Part shown: piece after piece, positions 1 to 9,475 of the stretch
Position numbering within the stretch: position 1 is the first letter of the stretch
Layout: every line of letters starts with the position of its first letter
Assembly: GCA_964473825.1 (NCBI GenBank)
Contig: CAYYQL010000002.1
Location: 128,001-192,000, forward strand
DNA: 64,000 nucleotides
Source: an uncultured archaeon
GTDB taxonomy: Archaea > Asgardarchaeota > Thorarchaeia > Thorarchaeales > Thorarchaeaceae
Direction: 5' to 3'
Position numbers and translations under genes: made by a program
Notes under the pieces: model-generated
What the model saw: only the letters and a program-made list of their open reading frames with translations
What the model was told of the DNA's origin: nothing
Database searches by the model: none

Positions 1-89
1 CATATTCTGACATCGTTCTTTGAGGAAGCCCTTGTGAGTGTGTTGATTAGAGCGCGTGTGTTTGGATCAGATGCTCGTGTTTCAATCAT
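1..89 (-). CDS. rpl18e: 50S ribosomal protein L18e (5' part, runs off window)
   Basis: Manual translation MIETRASDPNTRALINTLTRASSKNDVRI(W) matches the L18e N-terminus; directly downstream of rpoD, the usual synteny. Confidence 0.85.
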   Translation of the reverse strand, partial: MIETRASDPNTRALINTLTRASSKNDVRI

Positions 90-103
90 TTGTTTCTAAG
101 CTC

Positions 104-904
104 CTACAGTGAGTTTGCAAAGTCCAGAGCCTCACCAATTCTCTCTTTGAGAAGCTCTGTGGCCCTCTCCACAATTTCCTCCGGTGGAAGAGCTCCCGTG
201 GATTCCACCTTGAACAGAAAACTGTCCTCTTTGGAATCAATAGTTATGGCACCGGGCTCACATACACGAACACAGGCCTCGCAAAGACTGCATTCGAGTG
301 TGTTTTGTGTGGACAATACATCATCCTCAAGCAATAGAATGCCCTTGGGGCAAACCTCAACACAGTCGCCGCATTGGTTGCATTTTGACCTATCAACGCT
401 GACCAAGGGAACGTTCTTGTATGCCACTGTGGCCACCGGTTGGAATTTCGCATTCTCGAGGCCTGTGCCTAGTCGAGCATATGCTTCAAGTATCAGAGTC
501 TGGCGTGGAGCAAGCTTGACAAGAGGTATACCTTCTGTGGCAGGCACGACCTCGGGGTCTTGTGATGATAGGTCACCAGAGTAGACCATCATGTCTTGAG
601 CTCCAGCTTCCTTCTCGAGTGTAAGTGTGCATTGACAGAGGCTACATCCTTTGCCCTCGCAATCACACTCTTCTGGGAGATTGTAGTCGTCCAGTTTTGT
701 GACGAGAGGCACAAGTCCCAAGCGGTGGGCGAGAATCTCATCGTACATGACGCTTGTATTCTCAAGTATCAGAACCTCATCGATTGACATCGAGGGGACT
801 CTGGTCAACATTGTTCTGCGAAGTGCATTCGCAAACCCCACATGTGCGCCCTCGAGGAGAAAATGGATTGTATCATCTTGTTTCCGAATGATTGTGATTT
901 CCAT
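104..904 (-). CDS. rpoD: RNA polymerase subunit D (Rpo3) with ferredoxin-like Fe-S domain
   Basis: ANALRR, NTSVMYDEILAHRLGLVP, VESTGAL motifs; two CxxCxxCxxxC motifs; ATG at 904 with GAGGT/CAGGT SD upstream. Confidence 0.96.
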   Translation of the reverse strand: MEITIIRKQDDTIHFLLEGAHVGFANALRRTMLTRVPSMSIDEVLILENTSVMYDEILAHRLGLVPLVTKLDDYNLPEECDCEGKGCSLCQCTLTLEKEAGAQDMMVYSGDLSSQDPEVVPATEGIPLVKLAPRQTLILEAYARLGTGLENAKFQPVATVAYKNVPLVSVDRSKCNQCGDCVEVCPKGILLLEDDVLSTQNTLECSLCEACVRVCEPGAITIDSKEDSFLFKVESTGALPPEEIVERATELLKERIGEALDFANSL

Positions 905-1078
905 TCTAGCACCTGACCTCGGAGGTATTTGGTTACCCAAAAGACACTATTCCCGGACGGACTCGCTAAGGCCTGTACTCTCGGTTAGCTCACTCGCCCG
1001 TGTCCTGGGCTAGCCTGCCTCGATTTACAAAGCATAAAAGGATTGTCCTAGAACGATCGAAGGCCTTCGCCTTGTTGT

Positions 1079-1591
1079 TCAGGCAGCAACTTGGACCATA
1101 TCCTTGAGTCCATTGACGATGAGTCTGTATCCCTTCAAGCGCTGCTTAGGGTCAATAGCCACCATCCCATAGGTAGGAATACCGAGCAGATCCTGAACTG
1201 ACTCGGGCTTCATTGAACCTGGAATATCCTGCTTATTCGCAATAGCAATGACTTGTGCACCAGCAAACCGATGTCTGTATTTTTCCAGCAACTGCCGCGT
1301 CTTCAGTACTGCCTTAGGTGTACTCTCTGTCACAACTACGACCATGCGACTTCCTTGCAACATGTCGGGCCACATGAACTCAAAATGCGATTGACCACCC
1401 ATCTCAACCAGAGATACCTTGGTGTCTTCATCAAGGGTGATTGTCCCACAGTCCATACCAACCGTTGGCCGATAGTTGCACTCTAATTTGGATTTGCTAT
1501 CAGTTAACAGCTTAATCAGAGTAGATTTCCCAGCGTATCCTGATCCCATAAGGGCAACCTTGACATATTGGGTCATTCCTGTAGACTCCAA
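1079..1591 (-). CDS. Ras-superfamily (Arf/Rab-like) small GTPase
   Basis: G1 GSGYAGKS, G2 PTVG, G3 EMGGQ, G4 NKQD. Confidence 0.88.
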   Translation of the reverse strand: MESTGMTQYVKVALMGSGYAGKSTLIKLLTDSKSKLECNYRPTVGMDCGTITLDEDTKVSLVEMGGQSHFEFMWPDMLQGSRMVVVVTESTPKAVLKTRQLLEKYRHRFAGAQVIAIANKQDIPGSMKPESVQDLLGIPTYGMVAIDPKQRLKGYRLIVNGLKDMVQVAA

Positions 1592-1763
1592 GTGGTCGTC
1601 ACACTACGCGAAGCAGCCTGGACATATCAGGTGTCGTGTTACCAAGATAACACTGGGTAATACTCTCTTCGATGAGATATGACAAAAGTTTCCGAGAAGG
1701 CGTTTCGCACCAGATAGAAGCTCTTAACAGTGGATGATAAGTGCCTTGACCCGAGCTGATTCG

Positions 1764-2756
1764 ATGTCCAAGGTTTGCCCCAATACAATCATCGTTGAGG
1801 AGAATGCACTTCAGAAACTTGGGAGCCTTCTACAGGGGTATGAGAGAGTCATATGTGTTTCCGATGAAACAATAATTGGGCGATACAGCGCACAGCTCGA
1901 AGCCATTCTTAATCAAGAGCCACACTGGTTACTAGCAGAAGACGCTAGGAATGATGGAGATGAAGCTCTGTCCGAGGGAAGCATAATCATAGGATTTGGA
2001 GGAGGTAGAAGCCTTGATGCAGCCAAAATACTCGCAGCAAAGACTGACATGGATTGGATTTCGATTCCAACGGCTGCTTCCCATGATGGCATAGCAAGCG
2101 AAGTGGCATCGGTGAGTCACGACGGCTATAGGTATTCCAAGAAATGCAGATTGCCCATTGCCATTGTGGCAGATCTGACCATTATGTCGAAAGCACCAGA
2201 AAATCTACAGCGTGCAGGAATGGGCGACATACTCTGTAAAGCATCTAGTCTCAGCGAGTGGAAACTCGCTCACGAAAAGGAAGGAGAACCGCTTGATGAG
2301 GACGCGTTCAGCATGGTGCAGAGGGCTCTGGAAGATGTCTTGAGAAGTGATGACCTGAAAACGCTTGTCCGTGCCGAGATTGATGCAGGTACCGCCATGT
2401 GCATGAATGGCAGCTCGAGACCATGTTCCGGTTCCGAACATGCAATATCTCATGCTATGGACAGAAACCAACATAGTCTGCACGGACTTCAAGTCATTTT
2501 TGCTACTCCCTTGTGTCTGTACTTCCTAGAAAGGGCTGGGTATGCACTTTATTCACAGGAGTACATCAGTGATGTCATTAGGGAGAGGAACCTACCTGCA
2601 AAGTGCAGAGACATGAGCATTTCCAGAGAGATGTATCTGGATTATATCACACATGCCATCCGTATTATGAGAAAGCGTGGACGATATTCTATTCTAGAGA
2701 ACTTGGACAGGAAGACTTTGGCTGAAGTAATCGGCCACCTATACGATTGTGAGTGA
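1764..2756 (+). CDS. egsA: Glycerol-1-phosphate dehydrogenase [NAD(P)+]
   Basis: GFGGGRSLDAAK, IPTAASHDGIAS, SSRPCSGSEHAISH, LHGLQV. Confidence 0.92.
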   Translation: MSKVCPNTIIVEENALQKLGSLLQGYERVICVSDETIIGRYSAQLEAILNQEPHWLLAEDARNDGDEALSEGSIIIGFGGGRSLDAAKILAAKTDMDWISIPTAASHDGIASEVASVSHDGYRYSKKCRLPIAIVADLTIMSKAPENLQRAGMGDILCKASSLSEWKLAHEKEGEPLDEDAFSMVQRALEDVLRSDDLKTLVRAEIDAGTAMCMNGSSRPCSGSEHAISHAMDRNQHSLHGLQVIFATPLCLYFLERAGYALYSQEYISDVIRERNLPAKCRDMSISREMYLDYITHAIRIMRKRGRYSILENLDRKTLAEVIGHLYDCE

Positions 2757-2869
2757 TACTTCGACAGTTTTAAAAGATGACTGAGCCTCGAGCCCGAGAG
2801 CACATGACGGCCATGTCGTGTACTTTTCACGCTTGATACCAATGAAGTGCGAACAGAGGTAGATAAAAG

Positions 2870-3241
2870 ATGCCAAAACCAAGTTTTGTAGAATGGGAGC
2901 CAACTGAAGAGCTCCAGAAGAAAGCTCTAGAATCCTTAGAAACAGCTCGTGATACCGGCAGGATTAAGAAGGGGATCAATGAGGCAACGAAGGCAGTTGA
3001 ACGAGGTAATGCTCGGCTAGTGCTGATTGCGGAGGATGTTGATCCACCAGAGATCATCATGTTCCTACCAGGCCTCTGCGATGACAAGAAGGCCCCCTAT
3101 ATCTTTGTCAACAACAAGGATAGTCTAGGTGAAGCTGCAGGCATTGACCGACCGACCGCTGCTGCTGCAATCGTGGTCGAGGGGAAGGCAAAGGATTTAG
3201 TTGCTGATGTCGTTGAGAAGATTGCGGGGATTCGGAAGTAA
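2870..3241 (+). CDS. rpl7ae: 50S ribosomal protein L7Ae
   Basis: GRIKKGINEATKAVERG..LVLIAEDVDPPEI. Confidence 0.97.
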   Translation: MPKPSFVEWEPTEELQKKALESLETARDTGRIKKGINEATKAVERGNARLVLIAEDVDPPEIIMFLPGLCDDKKAPYIFVNNKDSLGEAAGIDRPTAAAAIVVEGKAKDLVADVVEKIAGIRK

Positions 3242-3263
3242 AACCACCAGGTGATGACTCTTA

Positions 3264-3485
3264 ATGAGTAGTGATGATAAAGAACCGTCTATACCTGCTG
3301 AGGTAATTCAGTTACTCGGGAGAACTGGTGTCACTGGCGAGATTACACAGGTTCGAGTGAAAGTGCTCGAGGGAAGAGACAAGGGACGCGTCTTGACTAG
3401 AAATGTTAAGGGCCCCATAAGGATGGGAGATATTCTCATCCTTCGAGAGACTGAACGCGAGGCCCGAAAGATGAGGAGGCGTTAG
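3264..3485 (+). CDS. rps28e: 30S ribosomal protein S28e
   Basis: [37 protein letters not shown]. Confidence 0.97.
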   Translation: MSSDDKEPSIPAEVIQLLGRTGVTGEITQVRVKVLEGRDKGRVLTRNVKGPIRMGDILILRETEREARKMRRR

Positions 3486-3487
3486 AG

Positions 3488-3685
3488 CTGGTAGGTACAC
3501 AGCGCTGTCAATTCTGCGGCCAAGACATTGAACCCGGAACAGGGACAGCTTTTGTGAGAACCAAGGATGGGTCCATCCATTGGTTCTGTTCAAAGAAGTG
3601 CAAGGTGAAAAGCCTGAAACAGGGCTTCAAGCCAAGAGAAACAAAGTGGACTACGGCCTATGAAAAAGGTGGTAAAGAGAAGTAG
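3488..3685 (+). CDS. rpl24e: 50S ribosomal protein L24e (probable CTG start; absent from ORF track)
   Basis: Manual translation (M)VGTQRCQFCGQDIEPGTGTAFVRTKDGSIHWFCSKKCKVKSLKQGFKPRETKWTTAYEKGGKEK; SD GAGGAGG at 3473-3479. Confidence 0.93.
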   Translation: MVGTQRCQFCGQDIEPGTGTAFVRTKDGSIHWFCSKKCKVKSLKQGFKPRETKWTTAYEKGGKEK

Positions 3686-3717
3686 AAGAAGAGGTGGCTC
3701 TTCGCCACCAATTCCTT

Positions 3718-4383
3718 CTAATCTGATTTTTCAATCTGCTCTTCAATGGTTGCATGGATTGCGGACGCAAGGGCTTTGATCTCTCGTTCCTTGATACCCT
3801 CTGCATCTTTGCTGAGAAGCGTCTCTAGTGACTCAACCACTTCGGGCCCCGCTTCTTGTCTTTCAATAGCCTCATTTATGACGCCTCGAATCTCCTCAGT
3901 ATAGTCGGCATCCAAATCAAGATGCTTCTGGACGTACTCGCGCGCTTGTTGTTCGGCCTTTTCAGAGCGTTCCAGTCCTCCGTATTCCGTCCATAGTTGG
4001 ATTTCTTTTTCTGCAGTTTTTGGCGCATCAGATGCATGAGCAATATTGATTCCTGCAATCAGGCCGTATTTACCTCTGAGTGAGTCAGGCGACGCTTTCT
4101 CAACGAAGGTTGCGCCAAGAGCGTCACGAACTCCCTGAATCACATCCTTGCCTTCAAGAATCATGACAAGCACTGGGCCAGATGTAATGAATTGAACCAG
4201 CCATGGAAAGAACGACCGCTCTTTATGCACATCATAGTGTTTCTTTGCCAAGTTCTCAGAGACCGTCATCTCCTTGAAAGCTTGAATATTATACCCCGTC
4301 TCAAGGAGTGTCTTGACAACCAGTGCGCCAACACTTCTCCGTAGAGTTCCATCAGGTTTGACTATAACAAGTGATTCTTCCAT
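3718..4383 (-). CDS. ndk: Nucleoside diphosphate kinase with C-terminal extension
   Basis: IVKPDG, FITSGPV, SLRGKYG, NIAHASD (catalytic His). Confidence 0.92.
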   Translation of the reverse strand: MEESLVIVKPDGTLRRSVGALVVKTLLETGYNIQAFKEMTVSENLAKKHYDVHKERSFFPWLVQFITSGPVLVMILEGKDVIQGVRDALGATFVEKASPDSLRGKYGLIAGINIAHASDAPKTAEKEIQLWTEYGGLERSEKAEQQAREYVQKHLDLDADYTEEIRGVINEAIERQEAGPEVVESLETLLSKDAEGIKEREIKALASAIHATIEEQIEKSD

Positions 4384-4558
4384 TGTTATCACCGAAGTTA
4401 ATCCGCCACCAATCGGTCTATCGAATATTGGCTATGGCGCCAGAATGCAGATTGTATTTTAGCGTTATGACATCACTGTATCAAAATGACAACAATCATG
4501 AAGCTAACGACAGTTTCATAAACATGCAATTGGTGGCCGCAGGTAATCTTCTCAGTAG

Positions 4559-6364
4559 GTGGTGACCGTGTCACACTCTCATTCAGGAAAGAACAGAAAA
4601 CTGCGTTCCCCTATTGTCACCGTTCTTGGTCACATAGACCATGGCAAGACATCATTACTTGATAAGATGAGGGGTACAGCTGTTCAAAGTAGAGAGGCGG
4701 CCGGGATAACTCAACACATTGGAGCCTCATTCTTTCCAACTGCAACCATTGAATCAGTATGCGGTGATTTGTTGAAGAGCATGACGACCGAGCTCGATAT
4801 AGACGGACTTCTCTTCATCGATACTCCCGGTCATGAGGCATACCTCAATTTAAGACGGCGCGGTGGGTCGATTGCGGATATTGCCGTTCTTGTTGTTGAC
4901 ATTACCGAGGGGCCACTGACTCAGACCTATGAATCACTGAAAATTCTTCGTTTGGGCAAGACACCGTTTGTCATAGCTGCGAACAAGCTCGATAAGATAC
5001 CAGGCTGGCAGTCCAAACCTGACAAGAAATTGATTCCATCCATAAGAGCACAGTCTAAAGCAGTACAGATGGAGATTGATAGAAGAATCTATGAGATAGT
5101 GGGCGCGCTTTCGGCAAATGACATCATGTCTGAACGATTTGATCGGGTAAAGGACTTCAAGAAAAGTGTGGCCATTGTCCCAACTAGCGCCAAGACCGGG
5201 GAGGGTGTTCCCGAACTGCTGGTTGTCTTGTCCGGTCTAACTCAGCAGTATCTGAAAGAACGTCTGACGTATACCGACGGACCTGCAAGGGGAGCCATCC
5301 TAGAAGTGCGCGAAGAAACCGGATTGGGAGTGACCCTTGATACCATCATCTATGATGGCGTATTGAAAAAAACCGATACGGTTGTGATAGGTGGTCTAGA
5401 GGGGGTCATTGTGGCCAAGATAAGAGCACTTCTTCAGCCGAAAGAACTTGATGAGATCCGCGATCCGAGAGAACGATTTGTCCCTGTCGATGAAGTTCAT
5501 GCTGCAGCAGGTGTTAAGATTGTGTCTCCAGACATCGAAAAAGCCGTGGCAGGAGCTCCGGTCTATGCAGTGGAAGACCCCGAGAATCTAGACGAGATTG
5601 TTGAGAGGGTGAGAGGAGAAGTTGCGGCGATTCGGATTAAGAAGGACTCGTCCGGAATCGTTCTCAAGACAGACACGCTAGGTTCATTGGAGGCAGTAGC
5701 ACAGTTTCTACAAGAGAGAAAGGTACCCGTACGTATTGCTGATGTGGGACCCATTGTAAAGCGGGATATTGTTGAAGCGGCAGCCGCAGGAGACACAGAT
5801 CCTCTCAATGCAGTAGTCCTCGGTTTCAATGTCAAAGTTTCCTCGGAGATGGAGGAGCTTGCTGCAGAGTATGGCGTTGAGATATTCCAGAGCGACGTCA
5901 TATATCGGCTATATGATGAATACAATGCATGGCTTGTTGTTAAGAGAGAGCAAGCAAAGGCAGAATCACTGAGCAGCATCGTTCGACCCGCCAAGATAGA
6001 ATTGATTCCAGACTATATCTTCAGACAGAGTGGACCGGCAGTCGTTGGTGTGCGGGTTCATGGCGTTCTTCGACCAAAGGTCGGTCTCATCAATGAGGAG
6101 GGAAAGCGGGTGGGGCAAGTACAGCAAATCCAAGATCGTAGTGTCACGATTGATGAGGCGACCAATGAGATGGAGGTAGCAGTTTCGATTCGTGGACCGA
6201 CAATAGGACGACAGGTGAAAAAGGATGAAACTCTGTACGTCGATGTGCCTGACAAGCACATACTGGCGATAAGAAAAAAATTCAAGGAAGACTTGACACA
6301 GCCCGAACTAGAGGTCTTAGAGGAGATTACCCAAATCAAACGAGCAGCTGGAGCCTTCATCTAG
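4559..6364 (+). CDS. infB: Translation initiation factor aIF5B/IF-2
   Basis: LRSPIVTVLGHIDHGKT, EAAGITQHIGA, DTPGHE, NKLD. Confidence 0.97.
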   Translation: MVTVSHSHSGKNRKLRSPIVTVLGHIDHGKTSLLDKMRGTAVQSREAAGITQHIGASFFPTATIESVCGDLLKSMTTELDIDGLLFIDTPGHEAYLNLRRRGGSIADIAVLVVDITEGPLTQTYESLKILRLGKTPFVIAANKLDKIPGWQSKPDKKLIPSIRAQSKAVQMEIDRRIYEIVGALSANDIMSERFDRVKDFKKSVAIVPTSAKTGEGVPELLVVLSGLTQQYLKERLTYTDGPARGAILEVREETGLGVTLDTIIYDGVLKKTDTVVIGGLEGVIVAKIRALLQPKELDEIRDPRERFVPVDEVHAAAGVKIVSPDIEKAVAGAPVYAVEDPENLDEIVERVRGEVAAIRIKKDSSGIVLKTDTLGSLEAVAQFLQERKVPVRIADVGPIVKRDIVEAAAAGDTDPLNAVVLGFNVKVSSEMEELAAEYGVEIFQSDVIYRLYDEYNAWLVVKREQAKAESLSSIVRPAKIELIPDYIFRQSGPAVVGVRVHGVLRPKVGLINEEGKRVGQVQQIQDRSVTIDEATNEMEVAVSIRGPTIGRQVKKDETLYVDVPDKHILAIRKKFKEDLTQPELEVLEEITQIKRAAGAFI

Positions 6365-6438
6365 TCGTGTTCTTCAGGGCATTACGAGAAATTGTGTACG
6401 ACGGAATCCTTTTAGGTGAACCTAGCAAGTCTAACAAC

Positions 6439-6751
6439 TGCAGCGGGCAGGGTGGGCCGTTTGCCGCGGCTGAAACCATAATGGCAATAATGGCACCAGT
6501 AACACCGTAGAGGCTGAACCCAGACTCTCATGGTTTTCGTTGCGTGACGTTGATGGGCGGTCTTTGGAGTCCGTCACGGCCGAAGCAGCATTCGTAAGTC
6601 TGCTGTGATCGGCTTAGACTTCCGAACCGTGTCAGGCCCTGGCGGGAACAGCACTTAGGATGGGTGGTGGAGCCCCAGAGGTAGCCGCTCTGAGAAGCGC
6701 ACCGAGTTCGCCATCAGCGAATGGACAGTCGAAGCTGTGTGGGCCGCTGCA
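6439..6751 (+). ncRNA. ffs: Archaeal SRP (7S) RNA
   Basis: Terminal helix TGCAGCGG (6439-46) / CCGCTGCA (6744-51); ~313 nt; helix-6-like hairpin with GUAA loop (~6578-6613); helix 8 GTGTCAGG-CCC-TGGC-GGG-AACAGCAC (6629-6654). Confidence 0.8.
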
Positions 6752-6843
6752 CCTAATTATTCTTCTGCTGGTCAGATGCTCCGCTGAAATAGCATCCTTA
6801 CACACAAACGTTTAAGAGAAAAACGCAATCTCAGCAGATTTGA

Positions 6844-6991
6844 GCTGAGGTTTCCTAGCCTGGACTTCGACCTTATCAGATGTCGAAGGGGCAACAAGGA
6901 GCTGGCCTGCTATTCGCCCTTGCGTGAGGCAGGCGAGCTGTCAGTCAGTGCGGTTATCCGCGCGAGGGTTCGAATCCCTCCCTCAGCGCCA
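6844..6991 (+). tRNA. tRNA-Ser(GCT) with two introns (D-loop 6864-6894; 37/38 6913-6942)
   Basis: Acceptor GCTGAGG/CCTCAGC, G73, encoded CCA, long variable arm, BHB motifs at both introns. Confidence 0.93.
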
Positions 6992-7052
6992 TCTTCTCCC
7001 AGATTTTGACATATTGCTTCTCTTTAGCCACATCAAGACCTGATAGGATAAG

Positions 7053-7466
7053 TTATCCTATGAAGAGGCGAGCACTGCAAATCGGACAAAGAACAACCTT
7101 GTCGGCAATCGGCGTTGCATTGGCCAGCTCGAAGGACATGCCGCAGTCTGGACAACGGTACATCTCAAGCCCGCCCACCTGCTCTGCGGGTAAGGCATGA
7201 TGACGCATCGGTTCAAAGATCTCCCCATCGTTTGATGTATCGCCAGACACAGAATACCCCTGTGCCCATCTGAATGCTATATAGAGAAAGAGGATCACGC
7301 CGGGTACAAGCAGTATGGTGTAGAAGAGGATAGACTCATACGAAGCTGTGAGAACGACTCCTAGAATCAGAGTGATTCCTAGAGCCAACAATGTAAGGAA
7401 GACTGCCCAACGGAATGGGGATACCTCATCCTGTAGGTCATCTTCGCGGTAATCATCATTCATCAT
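7053..7466 (-). CDS. Two-TM membrane protein with C-terminal zinc ribbon
   Basis: Two hydrophobic segments; CPDC...CPIC. Confidence 0.75.
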   Translation of the reverse strand: MMNDDYREDDLQDEVSPFRWAVFLTLLALGITLILGVVLTASYESILFYTILLVPGVILFLYIAFRWAQGYSVSGDTSNDGEIFEPMRHHALPAEQVGGLEMYRCPDCGMSFELANATPIADKVVLCPICSARLFIG

Positions 7467-7499
7467 GATAAGAAGGATAGGAATCAGGGAGATTTCAGC

Positions 7500-7754
7500 C
7501 TACCGTATCGCAGAGAAATGAGAGAAGGGGGTCCGGCGGCGGTTTCGAATAGTTCGAGCTACTATGAATACAGACACGGCGAATACTCCTGCAACAAACA
7601 GCAGAAGAACTGCATTCGGTCGCTGGTCAGGAACAAACAGAACAATGAAGCCGGGAGATACAAGGAGCGCAATGACTAGAATCGTAAGGATTAGTCGTAT
7701 GCCCCTGATGGCCGGGTCTTCTTCGTGCCAAAGTTCCTCGTTCATAACAAGCAC
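7500..7754 (-). CDS. Small two-TM hypothetical membrane protein
   Basis: Two TM segments and a basic tail; co-oriented with neighbours. Confidence 0.6.
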   Translation of the reverse strand: MLVMNEELWHEEDPAIRGIRLILTILVIALLVSPGFIVLFVPDQRPNAVLLLFVAGVFAVSVFIVARTIRNRRRTPFSHFSAIR

Positions 7755-7996
7755 TAACAGCTTTCATGTTGATGCAGATAAGACTGCTTCGAAATGGTAA
7801 CAACGTTACCGCTAGTATGATGGCACATGGGAGAAAAACTGTGGTAGTTAATTGATGATGTATTCGCTCTCCTGGACGAAATCCGGATTCTTACCATTTT
7901 TGGCATCAGATTCACAGTTCTCTCTGTGATTGAAACAAAAAGAAGAAAGAACGCGGGCCGTGCGGCCCGGTTCAATGAACTAGGAGTTGTATCGGC

Positions 7997-9334
7997 CTAT
8001 TTCTTCTTGGCTGCGCCCATGTCTCTGGGCGTCACGTCAAGTACTACGCCCACAGCAACAGTCATACCCATGTCTCGCACTGCGAAACGTCCGAGCTGTG
8101 GAAGTTCCTTGTACTTCTCAATCACCATCGGCTTGAGTGGCACAAGTACCGCGTGCATCGACTCTCCCTTCTTGATGAAATCGGGATTCTCCTCGATGAC
8201 CTGGCCTGAGCGCTGGTCGAGTTTCTTGAGGAGCTTGTCAAATCTACATGCAATCTGTGCAGTATGCGCATGTATGACTGGGGTGTAGCCCACAGTGATT
8301 GCAGTCGGATGCTGGATGACCATTACCTGACCTGTGTAGTCTGCAGCCACAGTTGGTGGTGTATCAACAGGACCAGCAACGTCGCCACGACCGAGGTCTT
8401 TCCTCTCGACACCACGGACATTGAAGCCGATGTTGTCACCAGGAACTGCCTCATCCATTGTTTCATGGTGCATCTCGATGGTCTTGACCTCACCGGTCTT
8501 GTTTGGCGGCATGAACGTAATCTTTGAGCCTACCTTCAGGACACCGGTTTCGACACGACCAACTGGAACAGTACCGACGCCCTTGATAGAGTAGACGTCG
8601 TTGATTGGTACACGTAGGGGTTTGTCTATTGGCTTGGGAGGGAGTTCAACAGTGTCAAGTGCCTCCAGCAGGCTTGGGCCCTCGTACCATGGGGTCAGGT
8701 CAGGAGTCTTCTCCTTCAGGTTGCATGCGGATAGCGCAGAAGTTGGTATGAAGTCCATCTGATCTGTCTTGTAGCCGATGCTCTTCAGGAACCCACCGAC
8801 CTCTTCTTTGACTTCTTTGTACCTGTCCTGGCTGTATTCGACGCTATCATCGTCCATCTTATTGATGCACACAATGATGCTGGGAACACCAAGAGTCATC
8901 GCTAGGTATGCATGCTCCTTGGTCTGACCACCAGGGCCAACTCCGGCTTCAAACTCGCCTCTCTTGGCTGAAACAACCAAAAGAGCAACGTCTGCCTGAG
9001 ATGCACCTGTAATCATGTTCTTGATGAAGTCCTTGTGTCCGGGAGCGTCAATAATCGTGTAGTAGTACTTGTCAGTGAGGAACTTGAAGAACGCAATGTC
9101 TATTGTAAGTCCTCGCTCTCGCTCCTCTTTCAGCCTGTCAAGGGCAAATGCCCAAGCCCAGGAAGGACGGCCAAGCTTCTCGGCCTCAGCCTTGTGCTGC
9201 TGGAATGTTCTCTCGTCTACAGCACCGGTTTCGTAAAGCAATCTGCCCGTCATAGTGCTTTTACCGTGGTCAACGTGCCCTATGACGACCAGGTTTAGGT
9301 GCTCTTTATCTTTCTTACTCAATTGTAACACCAC
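7997..9334 (-). CDS. tuf: Elongation factor aEF-1 alpha
   Basis: GHVDHGKST, EERERGLTID, DAPGHKDFIKNMITGASQAD, LGRFAVRDMG. Confidence 0.98.
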   Translation of the reverse strand: MVLQLSKKDKEHLNLVVIGHVDHGKSTMTGRLLYETGAVDERTFQQHKAEAEKLGRPSWAWAFALDRLKEERERGLTIDIAFFKFLTDKYYYTIIDAPGHKDFIKNMITGASQADVALLVVSAKRGEFEAGVGPGGQTKEHAYLAMTLGVPSIIVCINKMDDDSVEYSQDRYKEVKEEVGGFLKSIGYKTDQMDFIPTSALSACNLKEKTPDLTPWYEGPSLLEALDTVELPPKPIDKPLRVPINDVYSIKGVGTVPVGRVETGVLKVGSKITFMPPNKTGEVKTIEMHHETMDEAVPGDNIGFNVRGVERKDLGRGDVAGPVDTPPTVAADYTGQVMVIQHPTAITVGYTPVIHAHTAQIACRFDKLLKKLDQRSGQVIEENPDFIKKGESMHAVLVPLKPMVIEKYKELPQLGRFAVRDMGMTVAVGVVLDVTPRDMGAAKKK

Positions 9335-9475
9335 GTTTTTATAAAGCCCAATCCCTCATCTGGGGAATGGACTAACCCTCCAGTTTGAGTGTTACTTTTA
9401 ATGATTTCGACAAGGTTCTTTCGCCAGGGCAGGTCATAGCAACACCGAGGAGCAATTCTGTGTGAAATCTCTCAG

